Position numbers and translations under genes: made by a program
From: a virus
Direction: 5' to 3' (one strand)
Virus record (IMG/VR): IMGVR_UViG_3300017991_000072
Coordinates: 1-64,000 of that record
DNA length: 64,000 nt
The notes under the pieces: model-generated
Told to the model about the DNA's origin: nothing
Database searches by the model: none
The model's input: the letters and a program-made list of their open reading frames with translations, nothing else
Shown: piece after piece, positions 46,917 to 54,828 of the stretch
Position numbering within the stretch: position 1 is the stretch's first letter
Layout: the number at the start of each line of letters is the position of its first letter

Positions 46917-47219
46917 ATGACCTACACTCTATCCCAGGCGGGGACGGCCTACGCTGAAGCGGCGGCCACGTGGGCCAGGGCTATGGAAGCGGAGGAGGCG
47001 GTCAGACAAGAAGGCCCTGACCTGAAGGTTGACAAGTTCCTCCACGTGACGGCCTTGTCCACAGTGATCCGCCAGGCTATGAACGGCCTGTCCCAGGCTG
47101 TCATGATCTTCATCTGGCGAAACAACGAAGGGAACCACGCGGTCCTGGAAGCGGCCATGGCGGAGACTATCCGCGTGACGGCGGACGCCAACGCCCTTAT
47201 GGACTCCTACGGATACTGA
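46917..47219 (+). CDS. Hypothetical Ala-rich protein
   Basis: AAGGAG SD; TGG-TAGACT extended -10 upstream. Confidence 0.6.
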   Translation: MTYTLSQAGTAYAEAAATWARAMEAEEAVRQEGPDLKVDKFLHVTALSTVIRQAMNGLSQAVMIFIWRNNEGNHAVLEAAMAETIRVTADANALMDSYGY

Positions 47220-47365
47220 ACCCCCTGGACCCCTGGGCCACCAATGACTGTTTATTAACCCTGAACTGTCATTCTGTTGTTACCGGTTATCAGGCCCAGG
47301 GGTCTTTTCTTTCCCCCACGCGGGCGCGGGCGGGCGCGTGGGCGCGTATACGCGGGCGCGGGGCT

Positions 47366-47490
47366 CCTGAAAAAAGTTCTCCCAGGGCGTTTTTTTCTTC
47401 ACTTTTCTCTTGACATCCGTGGACGGGTCCCCTATAATAAGGACCATGGACACAGCGACAAACCCCAAACCCCAAACCACGGAGGACAAC
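47366..47490 (+). promoter_or_regulatory. Promoter module 11
   Basis: TTGACA(47410)-17-TATAAT. Confidence 0.85.
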
Positions 47491-47829
47491 ATGTCCACAC
47501 TGAACGCCCTTGGAACCCTTCTCTACAGCCTCCCCGTTCCCACCCGTCACGCCTACACCATCACCATCTGTGACCAATACCAGGACACAGAGCCTACCAC
47601 CTGTGTGGTCAACGCGGAGACCCAGGGCGCGGCCCTGGCCAAGGCTGTGGAGGTCTACTCCACAGAATTCTACGGCCACGCGGTCACCCTGGACCCCCAG
47701 GTCCTTCATGACGCTGTCACCGTCATCTTCCATCCTGACGGCGGCGTGAACCCCGTGGGGTTCTTCGCCAGTGACCCCCAACCCATCCGCCTTCAGCGCC
47801 TTGGGGACCCTGTCCCCTTGTCCGCGTAA
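47446..47829 (+). CDS. Hypothetical protein (second start 47491)
   Basis: Module 11. Confidence 0.65.
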   Translation: MDTATNPKPQTTEDNMSTLNALGTLLYSLPVPTRHAYTITICDQYQDTEPTTCVVNAETQGAALAKAVEVYSTEFYGHAVTLDPQVLHDAVTVIFHPDGGVNPVGFFASDPQPIRLQRLGDPVPLSA

Positions 47830-47895
47830 GCGGACCCCCTGGGGGGTGGGAATTCTCCCACCCCCCGGCTGGAACCCCAAACCCAGGAGGACATC

Positions 47896-48096
47896 ATGGA
47901 CCAAGTCAAGAAGAGCCTGACCAAGAAAGCCCTGAAGGCCAAGCTGAACCAAGCCAGGGAAGAGCTGACCTACCTGGAGGACTTCCTGGCGGGACCCTGT
48001 TGTGTGTCCCACGCGGAGATTGACGCGGCCGGGGATGACACCTACAGGCTTCAGAAGGAGATCAGGGAGCTGAAGGAGGCCCTGGCGGCCCTGTGA
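47896..48096 (+). CDS. Small coiled-coil protein
   Basis: Hairpin, leader and SD. Confidence 0.7.
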   Translation: MDQVKKSLTKKALKAKLNQAREELTYLEDFLAGPCCVSHAEIDAAGDDTYRLQKEIRELKEALAAL

Positions 48097-48111
48097 TCTT
48101 TTTTTCGTCAG

Positions 48112-48210
48112 GCGGCGTTTTTTCTTCACTTTTCTCTTGACAAAGCCTGAAGGATGGTTTACACTTACACCATGGACACAGACCGCAAACCCCAGACCCA
48201 GGAGGACACG
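48112..48210 (+). promoter_or_regulatory. Promoter module 12
   Basis: TTGACA(48137)-17-TACACT. Confidence 0.85.
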
Positions 48211-48819
48211 ATGAACGAAGATCACATCACCCAAGAGGCCACGCGGCGGCTGGAAGCCCTTCACCCCTACCTGACCAGGGAGATCAAGCTGGCTCCCCCG
48301 TCTCCCCCAGAGAAGACGGCTGAAGAGTACAGGGAAGAAGCGGCCCGTCACGCGGCGGAGCGCCTACGGTCCCAACAGGAGTCAGACACGGACGGGTTCC
48401 TGTCCCAGTGGGCCAGCGGCCTGAACAGTTCCCTGGCGTCCAGGCGGGCGGAGATCAAGGAGAACGGCGGGAACTGGGAGTTCTGGGGACTCTACCGTAG
48501 GGCGGACGGGAAGCGGATCAGGGCCAAGATGATAGACGGGAAGTATGGCCTCTGTTGGGCCATCTGTGACGAACATTCCACCTTCACGGGTCAGTTCTTC
48601 TCCGTGGACGGGACGGGCTCCAAGAGGACCAAGCTGTGGAAGGCTGGCCTGGAAGAGCGGCGTGAAATGGCCCCGGCTTGGGCCAAGATGGACGGGAAGG
48701 GAACGGGCCTGTCAGGTCAGGCTTGGGTGTCCACCTACAGGATAGACGGCGGCTACCCCTTGGACGCGGTCAACCTGGACTCCCCCGTGGAGGACCCTGA
48801 CCCCACGCCGGACCCATAG
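48172..48819 (+). CDS. Phage hypothetical protein (SDTDGFLSQWASG motif; second start 48211)
   Basis: Module 12. Confidence 0.7.
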   Translation: MDTDRKPQTQEDTMNEDHITQEATRRLEALHPYLTREIKLAPPSPPEKTAEEYREEAARHAAERLRSQQESDTDGFLSQWASGLNSSLASRRAEIKENGGNWEFWGLYRRADGKRIRAKMIDGKYGLCWAICDEHSTFTGQFFSVDGTGSKRTKLWKAGLEERREMAPAWAKMDGKGTGLSGQAWVSTYRIDGGYPLDAVNLDSPVEDPDPTPDP

Positions 48820-48879
48820 CCTTCCCCCAAGAAGGCCAAGAGGACGGAAGCGGAACTACGGCGGGACCTTTCCGCCATC

Positions 48880-49011
48880 ATGAGGGGTCACAGAGTATGT
48901 CAGGACTGTGGCCAGGTCAGGCCCACGGCTGAAGTCCACGTCCCTGGACGTGGGATGGCTAGGGTCTGTCAGGACTGCTATGACGTGGCTGTCTATGAAC
49001 TGACGGCCTAA
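48880..49011 (+). CDS. Possible 43-aa zinc-ribbon peptide
   Basis: MRGHRVCQDC..VCQDCY; weak SD. Confidence 0.35.
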   Translation: MRGHRVCQDCGQVRPTAEVHVPGRGMARVCQDCYDVAVYELTA

Positions 49012-49041
49012 CCCCAACCCCCAGGACAGGAGGAAGGAACG

Positions 49042-50343
49042 ATGGACAAGGAGAAGATCAAGGAGCTGTGTGACAAGGTGGAACACCTGACTGAATGGGC
49101 TGAAATAGGCGCGGCCTGGACAAGGGACCAGGCCACGTCAGAGTCCACGGAGAAGGACGCCAGGGTCAACCTGGAACTGGCCCACCAGGAGGAGAAGGAA
49201 CTGTTGGACTTCCTGACGGGCCTGATCAAGGAGGAGGACACCAGGTCCCCGGAGATGGTGTCCCTGGATTGGATGTTTGACGCGGCGGAGGAACACCTTC
49301 TGGACGAAGACGGAGAAGTCACCTGTGAAGTGGAGGAACTACGGACCCACTACCAGGTAGTCCTGAACAACTTGAAGGAGCTGGCCCTTCTTCGTGAACG
49401 CTACCAGTCCTTGAAGATCAGGGCCTTCTCCGCCATGTATGGAACCTTCATTCCCGCCAGGGAGGACGGGCTGAACCACTACTTCCAGTCCATCACGGCG
49501 GAGCGGGAGGCCAAGGAAATGACGGAGGCCCTGGACGCCCTGGAACACCTGAACAAGGAGGCCAGGGAAGGGAACATAGCTGTCTACGATGGGGAAGAGA
49601 ACTGTGAAGCCCTTCTTCAGGACATCAAGGACGCCTACAGGATCCTGTGGGACTTCATCACGGGCTCCAACACCAGGAACATTCAGAACCTTCCCAGGAC
49701 GGTCACAGGACGGTTCACGGACTCCCCCAATTTCCAGGAGGTCCCCAAGACGGAGTCCACGGCGCGGCCCATCGTGAAGGCCCCTGGTCCCTCCCCCTAC
49801 GCCCAGATCTTCCAGGTCATTGGGAACGTGGTTCCCCAGGAAGCGGCGGAAGCTGTGGACCTGGCCATCCGTCAGTATGACGGATCCTTCAGCGGGACTC
49901 CCCTGAAGGACCTAGTGATGAAGACCTGGGGAGCCCTGGACGGGGACGCCAGGATGGCCCATGACAGGCTGTCAGGCCACATCCAGACCAGCGCGGACCC
50001 AGACATCAGGGAGGACAGGCTGAAGGACCTGGTGACCCTGGTGGGCTCCCTGAACGCTGAAGAGAAGGCCAGCTACTCCGTGGCTGTGGACATGTTCCTG
50101 AAGGCCAGGATCATCTCCACGTTTGAACGGGCCTTTGACATCAACCATACGGAAGCGGCGGAGATCTTTGACAGGGTCCAGGACGGGGAGCCCTTGGAGG
50201 CCATCCTGGTGGACATCCTGACCGTGGCGGAACGCCATGACCCCAACCAGTTCAGGGCGGGGATCTTGGCCATCCTGAAGAAGGGACATGGGATCTCCAA
50301 CGCCCAGAACAAGATTGGGGGTGATCCCAGTGATAAAGAGTGA
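49042..50343 (+). CDS. Hypothetical helical protein (433 aa)
   Basis: Leader and SD; typical codon usage. Confidence 0.75.
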   Translation: MDKEKIKELCDKVEHLTEWAEIGAAWTRDQATSESTEKDARVNLELAHQEEKELLDFLTGLIKEEDTRSPEMVSLDWMFDAAEEHLLDEDGEVTCEVEELRTHYQVVLNNLKELALLRERYQSLKIRAFSAMYGTFIPAREDGLNHYFQSITAEREAKEMTEALDALEHLNKEAREGNIAVYDGEENCEALLQDIKDAYRILWDFITGSNTRNIQNLPRTVTGRFTDSPNFQEVPKTESTARPIVKAPGPSPYAQIFQVIGNVVPQEAAEAVDLAIRQYDGSFSGTPLKDLVMKTWGALDGDARMAHDRLSGHIQTSADPDIREDRLKDLVTLVGSLNAEEKASYSVAVDMFLKARIISTFERAFDINHTEAAEIFDRVQDGEPLEAILVDILTVAERHDPNQFRAGILAILKKGHGISNAQNKIGGDPSDKE

Positions 50344-51262
50344 CATCCTGGACATGGTGGACAAGATGGTCCAGGCGGGCCAGCTACACACGGAAGTCCT
50401 GGAGGCCCTGGGACACCTGGCGGACGAACACACGGACCACATCCTGAAGGAGAAGCTGGACCACCAGGCGGCGGAACACGCCCGGCGCTGTGACCAGTTT
50501 GTTGACCAGATCGTTCAGACAGATCAGCGGTTCATGGACTTCCTGAAGATGGCCTACGCCATGGACGCGGACACGGCCAAGGAGACCCTGAAGCTGATCA
50601 AGCGGGGACTGTTCCCAAGCCAGATCCTACGGGACGCCCTGTCTGAAGGAGAACGCCAGAAGGCGGCCCTGGAACACGCGGGCCTGGGGGACGCCATGAA
50701 GGCGGCCGGGGATGTCTTCAGGGAGCTGGAAAGTGAGAAGCCCAAGCTGAAGGTCACCCTTCCTGACGGGTCCACGCGGGAGTCCGTCCCAGACAAACCC
50801 TGGGACCCTGACGGCTCCAGGCCAAACCACCAGCCCAAGTCTCCGTTCCCTCTGGTGGTGGATGTCAAGGTGGACCCAGAGAACGAAGAACACAGGGACT
50901 ATGTGATGGGCCTGATCTGTGAACATCTCCCTGACGGCCAGCTACAGGTCAGATGTGACCTGGACCCGGACACGGAGGACCTGGCCTTCATCTGGAGGAT
51001 TGAATGGTCCTTCCAGGAGAAGCGGACGGACGGGGAGATCCCTGTGACCCGTGGCGTGGCCCTGGAAATAGGCCACAAGGAAGGGACCCTGGTCAAGGAT
51101 CTCCCTGGGGTAGCCATGGGACTGGCCAGGACCCTGAAGGCCAAGAGGAAGCGGGCCTATGGAGACATAGAAGCCCCCTGTCTGGAATGTGAAGGAGCCT
51201 ACGCGGACGGAAACCCATGTCAAGACTGTGACGAAGGAGAAGGAAATGGCCATCAAGGATAG
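50330..51262 (+). CDS. Hypothetical protein with C-terminal CxxC..CxxC
   Basis: Overlapping GTG start with GGGGGTG SD. Confidence 0.7.
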   Translation: MIKSDILDMVDKMVQAGQLHTEVLEALGHLADEHTDHILKEKLDHQAAEHARRCDQFVDQIVQTDQRFMDFLKMAYAMDADTAKETLKLIKRGLFPSQILRDALSEGERQKAALEHAGLGDAMKAAGDVFRELESEKPKLKVTLPDGSTRESVPDKPWDPDGSRPNHQPKSPFPLVVDVKVDPENEEHRDYVMGLICEHLPDGQLQVRCDLDPDTEDLAFIWRIEWSFQEKRTDGEIPVTRGVALEIGHKEGTLVKDLPGVAMGLARTLKAKRKRAYGDIEAPCLECEGAYADGNPCQDCDEGEGNGHQG

Positions 51263-51470
51263 AGGAGAACTGGAAGAGCGCGGGATTGAAATTGATCTGT
51301 CAGGTCCCCAGGGGAACGGGTTTGTCCTGATTGGGTACGCCAGGAAATGGGCCAAACAGTTGGGGAAGGACGCGGACGCCATCACCAAGGACATGGAGTC
51401 AGGAGACTATGACCACCTGGTTGAAGTCCTGGAACGGGAGTTTGGGGACTACGTCACCATCTACAGGTAG
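51246..51470 (+). CDS. Small phage protein (IDLSGPQGNGF motif)
   Basis: Motif recognised from small phage proteins; SD present. Confidence 0.7.
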   Translation: MAIKDRGELEERGIEIDLSGPQGNGFVLIGYARKWAKQLGKDADAITKDMESGDYDHLVEVLEREFGDYVTIYR

Positions 51471-51479
51471 GAGCCCAAG

Positions 51480-51689
51480 ATGAAACACATCAGACTGGGA
51501 AGACCCCAGGTCTTCAACGTCCAGACAGGTGACGAAAGATGCTACTTCTGTGACAAGCCACCCACGGGGGCCTGTAGGAGCTGTGGAGCCCACGTCTGTG
51601 ACGATCATGACGAACACCAGGGACAGGACGGGAAGCCCTGTCCCACGGGGAGCGTCCACGGAGCCCCGAAGGAGGACGCTGATGGCTAA
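51480..51689 (+). CDS. Double zinc-finger family protein
   Basis: CYFC-x6-CRSC-x4-CDDH. Confidence 0.65.
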   Translation: MKHIRLGRPQVFNVQTGDERCYFCDKPPTGACRSCGAHVCDDHDEHQGQDGKPCPTGSVHGAPKEDADG

Positions 51690-52110
51690 GTTCACACGGC
51701 CACGGATCCATTGGGAGAAGTCAGGGGTGGAAGTGTGCTACTTTTGCCTGACTGAACTACCTGAACACGTCTGTCCACGATGTAGAGCCCACGTGTGTGA
51801 CCTACACTGGAAGAAGCGGCCCAAGATGTGTTCCCAGTGTCACCTTGGACACTACCCTGACCAATACACCAAGGAAAGGCTTCTGAAGAACCTGGACACC
51901 CTGGTGGCGGTCACGGCCAAGACGTGGGCGGAACAGACCCCCAACTGGCAAACCATACAGAGGAAGGAACGGATCACGGATGTCAGGCTGATGGGGGAGG
52001 CCATCCGCCACTACATCCTGTCAAGTGAAAAATGTTCCCAGGAAGAGGCCCAGAAGCCCCCAGAAGAAGAGCGGAGCGGGGGAAGGATACTACGGAGCCC
52101 GAAGAACTGA
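51682..52110 (+). CDS. Double zinc-finger family protein
   Basis: CYFC-x8-CPRC-x4-CDLH-x8-CSQC; AAGGAGG SD. Confidence 0.7.
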   Translation: MAKFTRPRIHWEKSGVEVCYFCLTELPEHVCPRCRAHVCDLHWKKRPKMCSQCHLGHYPDQYTKERLLKNLDTLVAVTAKTWAEQTPNWQTIQRKERITDVRLMGEAIRHYILSSEKCSQEEAQKPPEEERSGGRILRSPKN

Positions 52111-52125
52111 AGAGTCTACATGAAG

Positions 52126-52187
52126 CCCACAGGTCCTCCTGTGGGGTTTGGGGTGGGGAGCCCGGAGGGGTCCGGGCTCCCCTTTTC
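52126..52187 (+). ncRNA. 3'-end anti-leader element plus terminator
   Basis: CCCACAGG-TCCT-CCTGTGGG hairpin, GTTTGGGGT, then GGGGAGCCCGGA/TCCGGGCTCCCC stem and TTTT. Confidence 0.55.
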
Positions 52188-52303
52188 TATGGGGGCGGGG
52201 GTCTTGACGCTGGTGGCGTGAAGTGGATAGGCTGTCAACATTGGCGGGAAGACTGGGCCTGGCGGGGACATACTACCTGTGGGGGGTAGTGAAGGAGGAC
52301 AGG

Positions 52304-52714
52304 ATGAAGAAGATCCTGACTCTGGCCCTGTTGGCTGTCTTGGTGTGGAGCCTTGGCGGCTGTTCAACCATTGGCCAGGCTATGGTCCAGAAGAGCATGA
52401 ACGGCGCGGAGATAGCCAAAGCCTACTATGACCAAGGGAAGGACGGGAGGACCTACAACCCCGTCATCCTGGAGGCGGCGGAAGGGGAAACCATGTCCAT
52501 CACCATCAACGGGTTGGCCAAGGTGGCCCTGACTACGCCACATGAACCCCTTAGCGTATACCCAAGGGATCCTTCCACCCTGGGCCAACTGTTGGACGGT
52601 CTGTGGAAGATAGGGACCGTCATTGGGTCCACCATCGTAGGGGAGAAGATGGTGGAAGGTCTGTCACGCGGGCCTACCATCGTGGAGCCCAAGGTGGTCA
52701 CCGTCCCCAGATAG
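52304..52714 (+). CDS. Lipoprotein
   Basis: MKKILTLALLAVLVWSLGG-C signal; possible own promoter TTGACG-18-TAGGCT at about 52204. Confidence 0.75.
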   Translation: MKKILTLALLAVLVWSLGGCSTIGQAMVQKSMNGAEIAKAYYDQGKDGRTYNPVILEAAEGETMSITINGLAKVALTTPHEPLSVYPRDPSTLGQLLDGLWKIGTVIGSTIVGEKMVEGLSRGPTIVEPKVVTVPR

Positions 52715-52974
52715 AAAAGAGGAGCCCCTGGGGACATGTGCGAAACCCCAGGGACTCTACCATGGCTGGCGTGATGGGAAAAGAAATGGAGCCTCATGTC
52801 AGAGCCCCTAAAGAAACCCATCACAGGACCTATGATACGCGGCCCCTGGGGCTCCTGTCAAGAGAAAAATGTTCCCTGTGTTTCTTCCTGGGGACCCCCG
52901 GGCGCGGCGTAGCCAGGCGAACAGGCCAACGGGGGTCCAGACCCCCGTGGTCTACGTCTGTTCCTACCGTGCTA

Positions 52975-54693
52975 CTACTCCCAGAACGATTGAAGGTCAA
53001 CTTCATCCTGTGGCTCCTGTTCCTGTGGGGTAGCTGTCTTCAGATCCGTCAGCCCATCGTTCCCATCACTACCGTCCGTCAAGTCTTCATTGTCAAGTGA
53101 AGAATGTTCTTGGTCACCTTGGTCACTCACCAGTCCTCCAGAGGTCATTTCAGAGCCAGCGCCAAGATGTGAACGGTATGAGTCTTCGTGAAGTCTCCGT
53201 GAAGCCTCCTGGGGAGACATCCCTGGAAGGACTGACATGGAAGGTAGGAGGCCCCGCTTGGCCTTCTCTATCAGGACGGCCACCTGGCCGGTCCCATCTG
53301 ATAGGGTCAGGCTCCTCTTGACTTCCCCGCTGTCAGGGTCCAACAATTTCACCAGGTCCTTCAGCCTTTTGTGGACTTCCCCTACTAGAATGTCTGTTCT
53401 CTCTTCTGGAACCCCAGTGATAGCCTCCCTCAATAGGGCTTCTTCTATCCTGGCCAGATCCTTGGTAGCCAGGCCAGCCATGGCGGCCAGGGCGTCAAGG
53501 TGTGAGCCTATGACATGTCTGTCCAGTAGCCCCTGGTGTTTACAGTCATGGCCCTGGTCATAGTCTGGACACTTCCCCTTCAGAGGACACCTGTCACAGG
53601 TACGCTTCACAGCCCCACCAAATAGGCCACCCTCCAGTTGGATAGGCCCCATCTGTGTCCCTGGTGACCCACAGGTTCCGATAATATCAGTTATGTTAAC
53701 TTTTCCAGGGACCCCTGACCCCACAGGGACCCCTTCCTGACCCCCTTCTGTCAAGGTCCCACATGACAGGGGGTCCCCAGGAGCCCCCTGGCTATGCTCT
53801 TCTCCATCTCCGTCCCGGATCTCGCTTATATCTAGCCCATTCGTCAAGTTATTACTTGACAAAGTCTCCTTCACAACATCTTGTGGCGCTCCATCTTGTG
53901 GTACATTCCCTTGTGGTACTACATCTTGTGGCCCTAGATCTTGTGGCCCCTCTGCTAATCGTCGAAGATCCGGGACGGGAGAATGCGGCGGGACAGGAGA
54001 AACAGCCCCAATATCTTGTAGCACTACATCTTGTGGTACTACATCTGGCCCCCTACCGCTTGTACCACTAGATCTTGTACTACTAGATGTGGTGGCGTCC
54101 AGAAAACGCTCCAAGAGGGACCGGCGGACAGGAGGCCCTTGGGGTTCTTCCTTATTGACCCCTGTTTTCACCTGGGGTCCTTCCTCTGTAGGGTCCAATG
54201 TATCCCTGGCTTTCCCCTTTGTATTCTGGGGAACTTCCTTCTCTGTGTTCTGTTCTTCCGCTTTGGCTGACCCTCCACCCCGCGCCCTGGGTTTCCCCGT
54301 TCCCTGTTCTTGTCTGGACTCCAGTTCCTCCATCCCCTTCTTGGCTCTGTCCAATGGATCGTCTGACTGGTCTTCCTTGTAGCCTGTCAGGGCCTTCATC
54401 ATAGCTGTAGCCATGTCTGGACCCTTGGCTGGACCCTTCCCCGCCGCCTGGGGTTCCCCCTTCTCCGCCTTCTGACCCTGTACTGTGGGGACCTTCAGGA
54501 GCCTCTTCTTCTTGGCTCCCCCCTTTGTCCGCCGTGAAGTCCCATTTTCTGGGGTCTTTCCGCTGAAATCTTCGTTTTTGGGTGGGGGTGTTTCCGCTTT
54601 CAGCTTTCTTTTCTTGACAACAGGGGGTTCCCCACGCCCTGTCTTTTCCGCTGAATTCCGCTTCTTGGCCATGGTGGCCTCCTTCCTTGACAT
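52975..54693 (-). CDS. Large protein: disordered K-rich N-terminus, PQDVV repeats, C-terminal CxxC..C..C and helical domain
   Basis: 572-codon ORF; SD before MAKKRN at 54672; function unknown. Confidence 0.6.
   Translation of the reverse strand: MSRKEATMAKKRNSAEKTGRGEPPVVKKRKLKAETPPPKNEDFSGKTPENGTSRRTKGGAKKKRLLKVPTVQGQKAEKGEPQAAGKGPAKGPDMATAMMKALTGYKEDQSDDPLDRAKKGMEELESRQEQGTGKPRARGGGSAKAEEQNTEKEVPQNTKGKARDTLDPTEEGPQVKTGVNKEEPQGPPVRRSLLERFLDATTSSSTRSSGTSGRGPDVVPQDVVLQDIGAVSPVPPHSPVPDLRRLAEGPQDLGPQDVVPQGNVPQDGAPQDVVKETLSSNNLTNGLDISEIRDGDGEEHSQGAPGDPLSCGTLTEGGQEGVPVGSGVPGKVNITDIIGTCGSPGTQMGPIQLEGGLFGGAVKRTCDRCPLKGKCPDYDQGHDCKHQGLLDRHVIGSHLDALAAMAGLATKDLARIEEALLREAITGVPEERTDILVGEVHKRLKDLVKLLDPDSGEVKRSLTLSDGTGQVAVLIEKAKRGLLPSMSVLPGMSPQEASRRLHEDSYRSHLGAGSEMTSGGLVSDQGDQEHSSLDNEDLTDGSDGNDGLTDLKTATPQEQEPQDEVDLQSFWE
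53871..54095. repeat. Two clusters (5+6) of 15-bp-period repeats, consensus ACTACATCTTGTGG
   Basis: Units start at about 53871, 53886, 53901, 53916, 53931 and 54006, 54021, 54036, 54050, 54065, 54080. Confidence 0.9.
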
Positions 54694-54753
54694 TCAGTGA
54701 AGAGCCCCTTCTGGAGCCCGCGCCGTTTCTTGACTACCCCTCCATCATAGACC

Positions 54754-54800
54754 AAAAAAGAAGGGCTGACCAGGGGAGGACAGGAGCCCCCAGTCAGCCC
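54754..54800 (-). terminator. Intrinsic terminator (minus strand)
   Basis: GGGCTGAC..GTCAGCCC stem followed by TTCTTTTTT on the minus strand. Confidence 0.7.
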
Positions 54801-54828
54801 ATGGACGGACCAGACAGGAATTGGTCCG

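Noticed and set aside
45072-47362. GAGCG x4 (about 45072) and CG-rich run (about 47318-47362) as special DNA structures
   Set aside because: Single occurrences with no supporting pattern; no function can be supported
37163-48210. Repeated modules as a CRISPR array or integron attC cassettes
   Set aside because: Intervening segments are whole genes of 0.4-2 kb, the repeats are promoters/terminators, and no cas or integrase gene or attC-type ends are seen
42394-52153. Anti-leader copies as ribosome-binding sites of minus-strand genes
   Set aside because: On the minus strand they lead to no start (42513) or only 4-16-codon frames (52131, 42394), and the adjacent terminator U-tracts are oriented for plus-strand transcripts
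52975-54693. Calling this ORF terminase small subunit or replication initiator
   Set aside because: Plausible given the internal repeats, but no diagnostic motif was recognised; left as hypothetical
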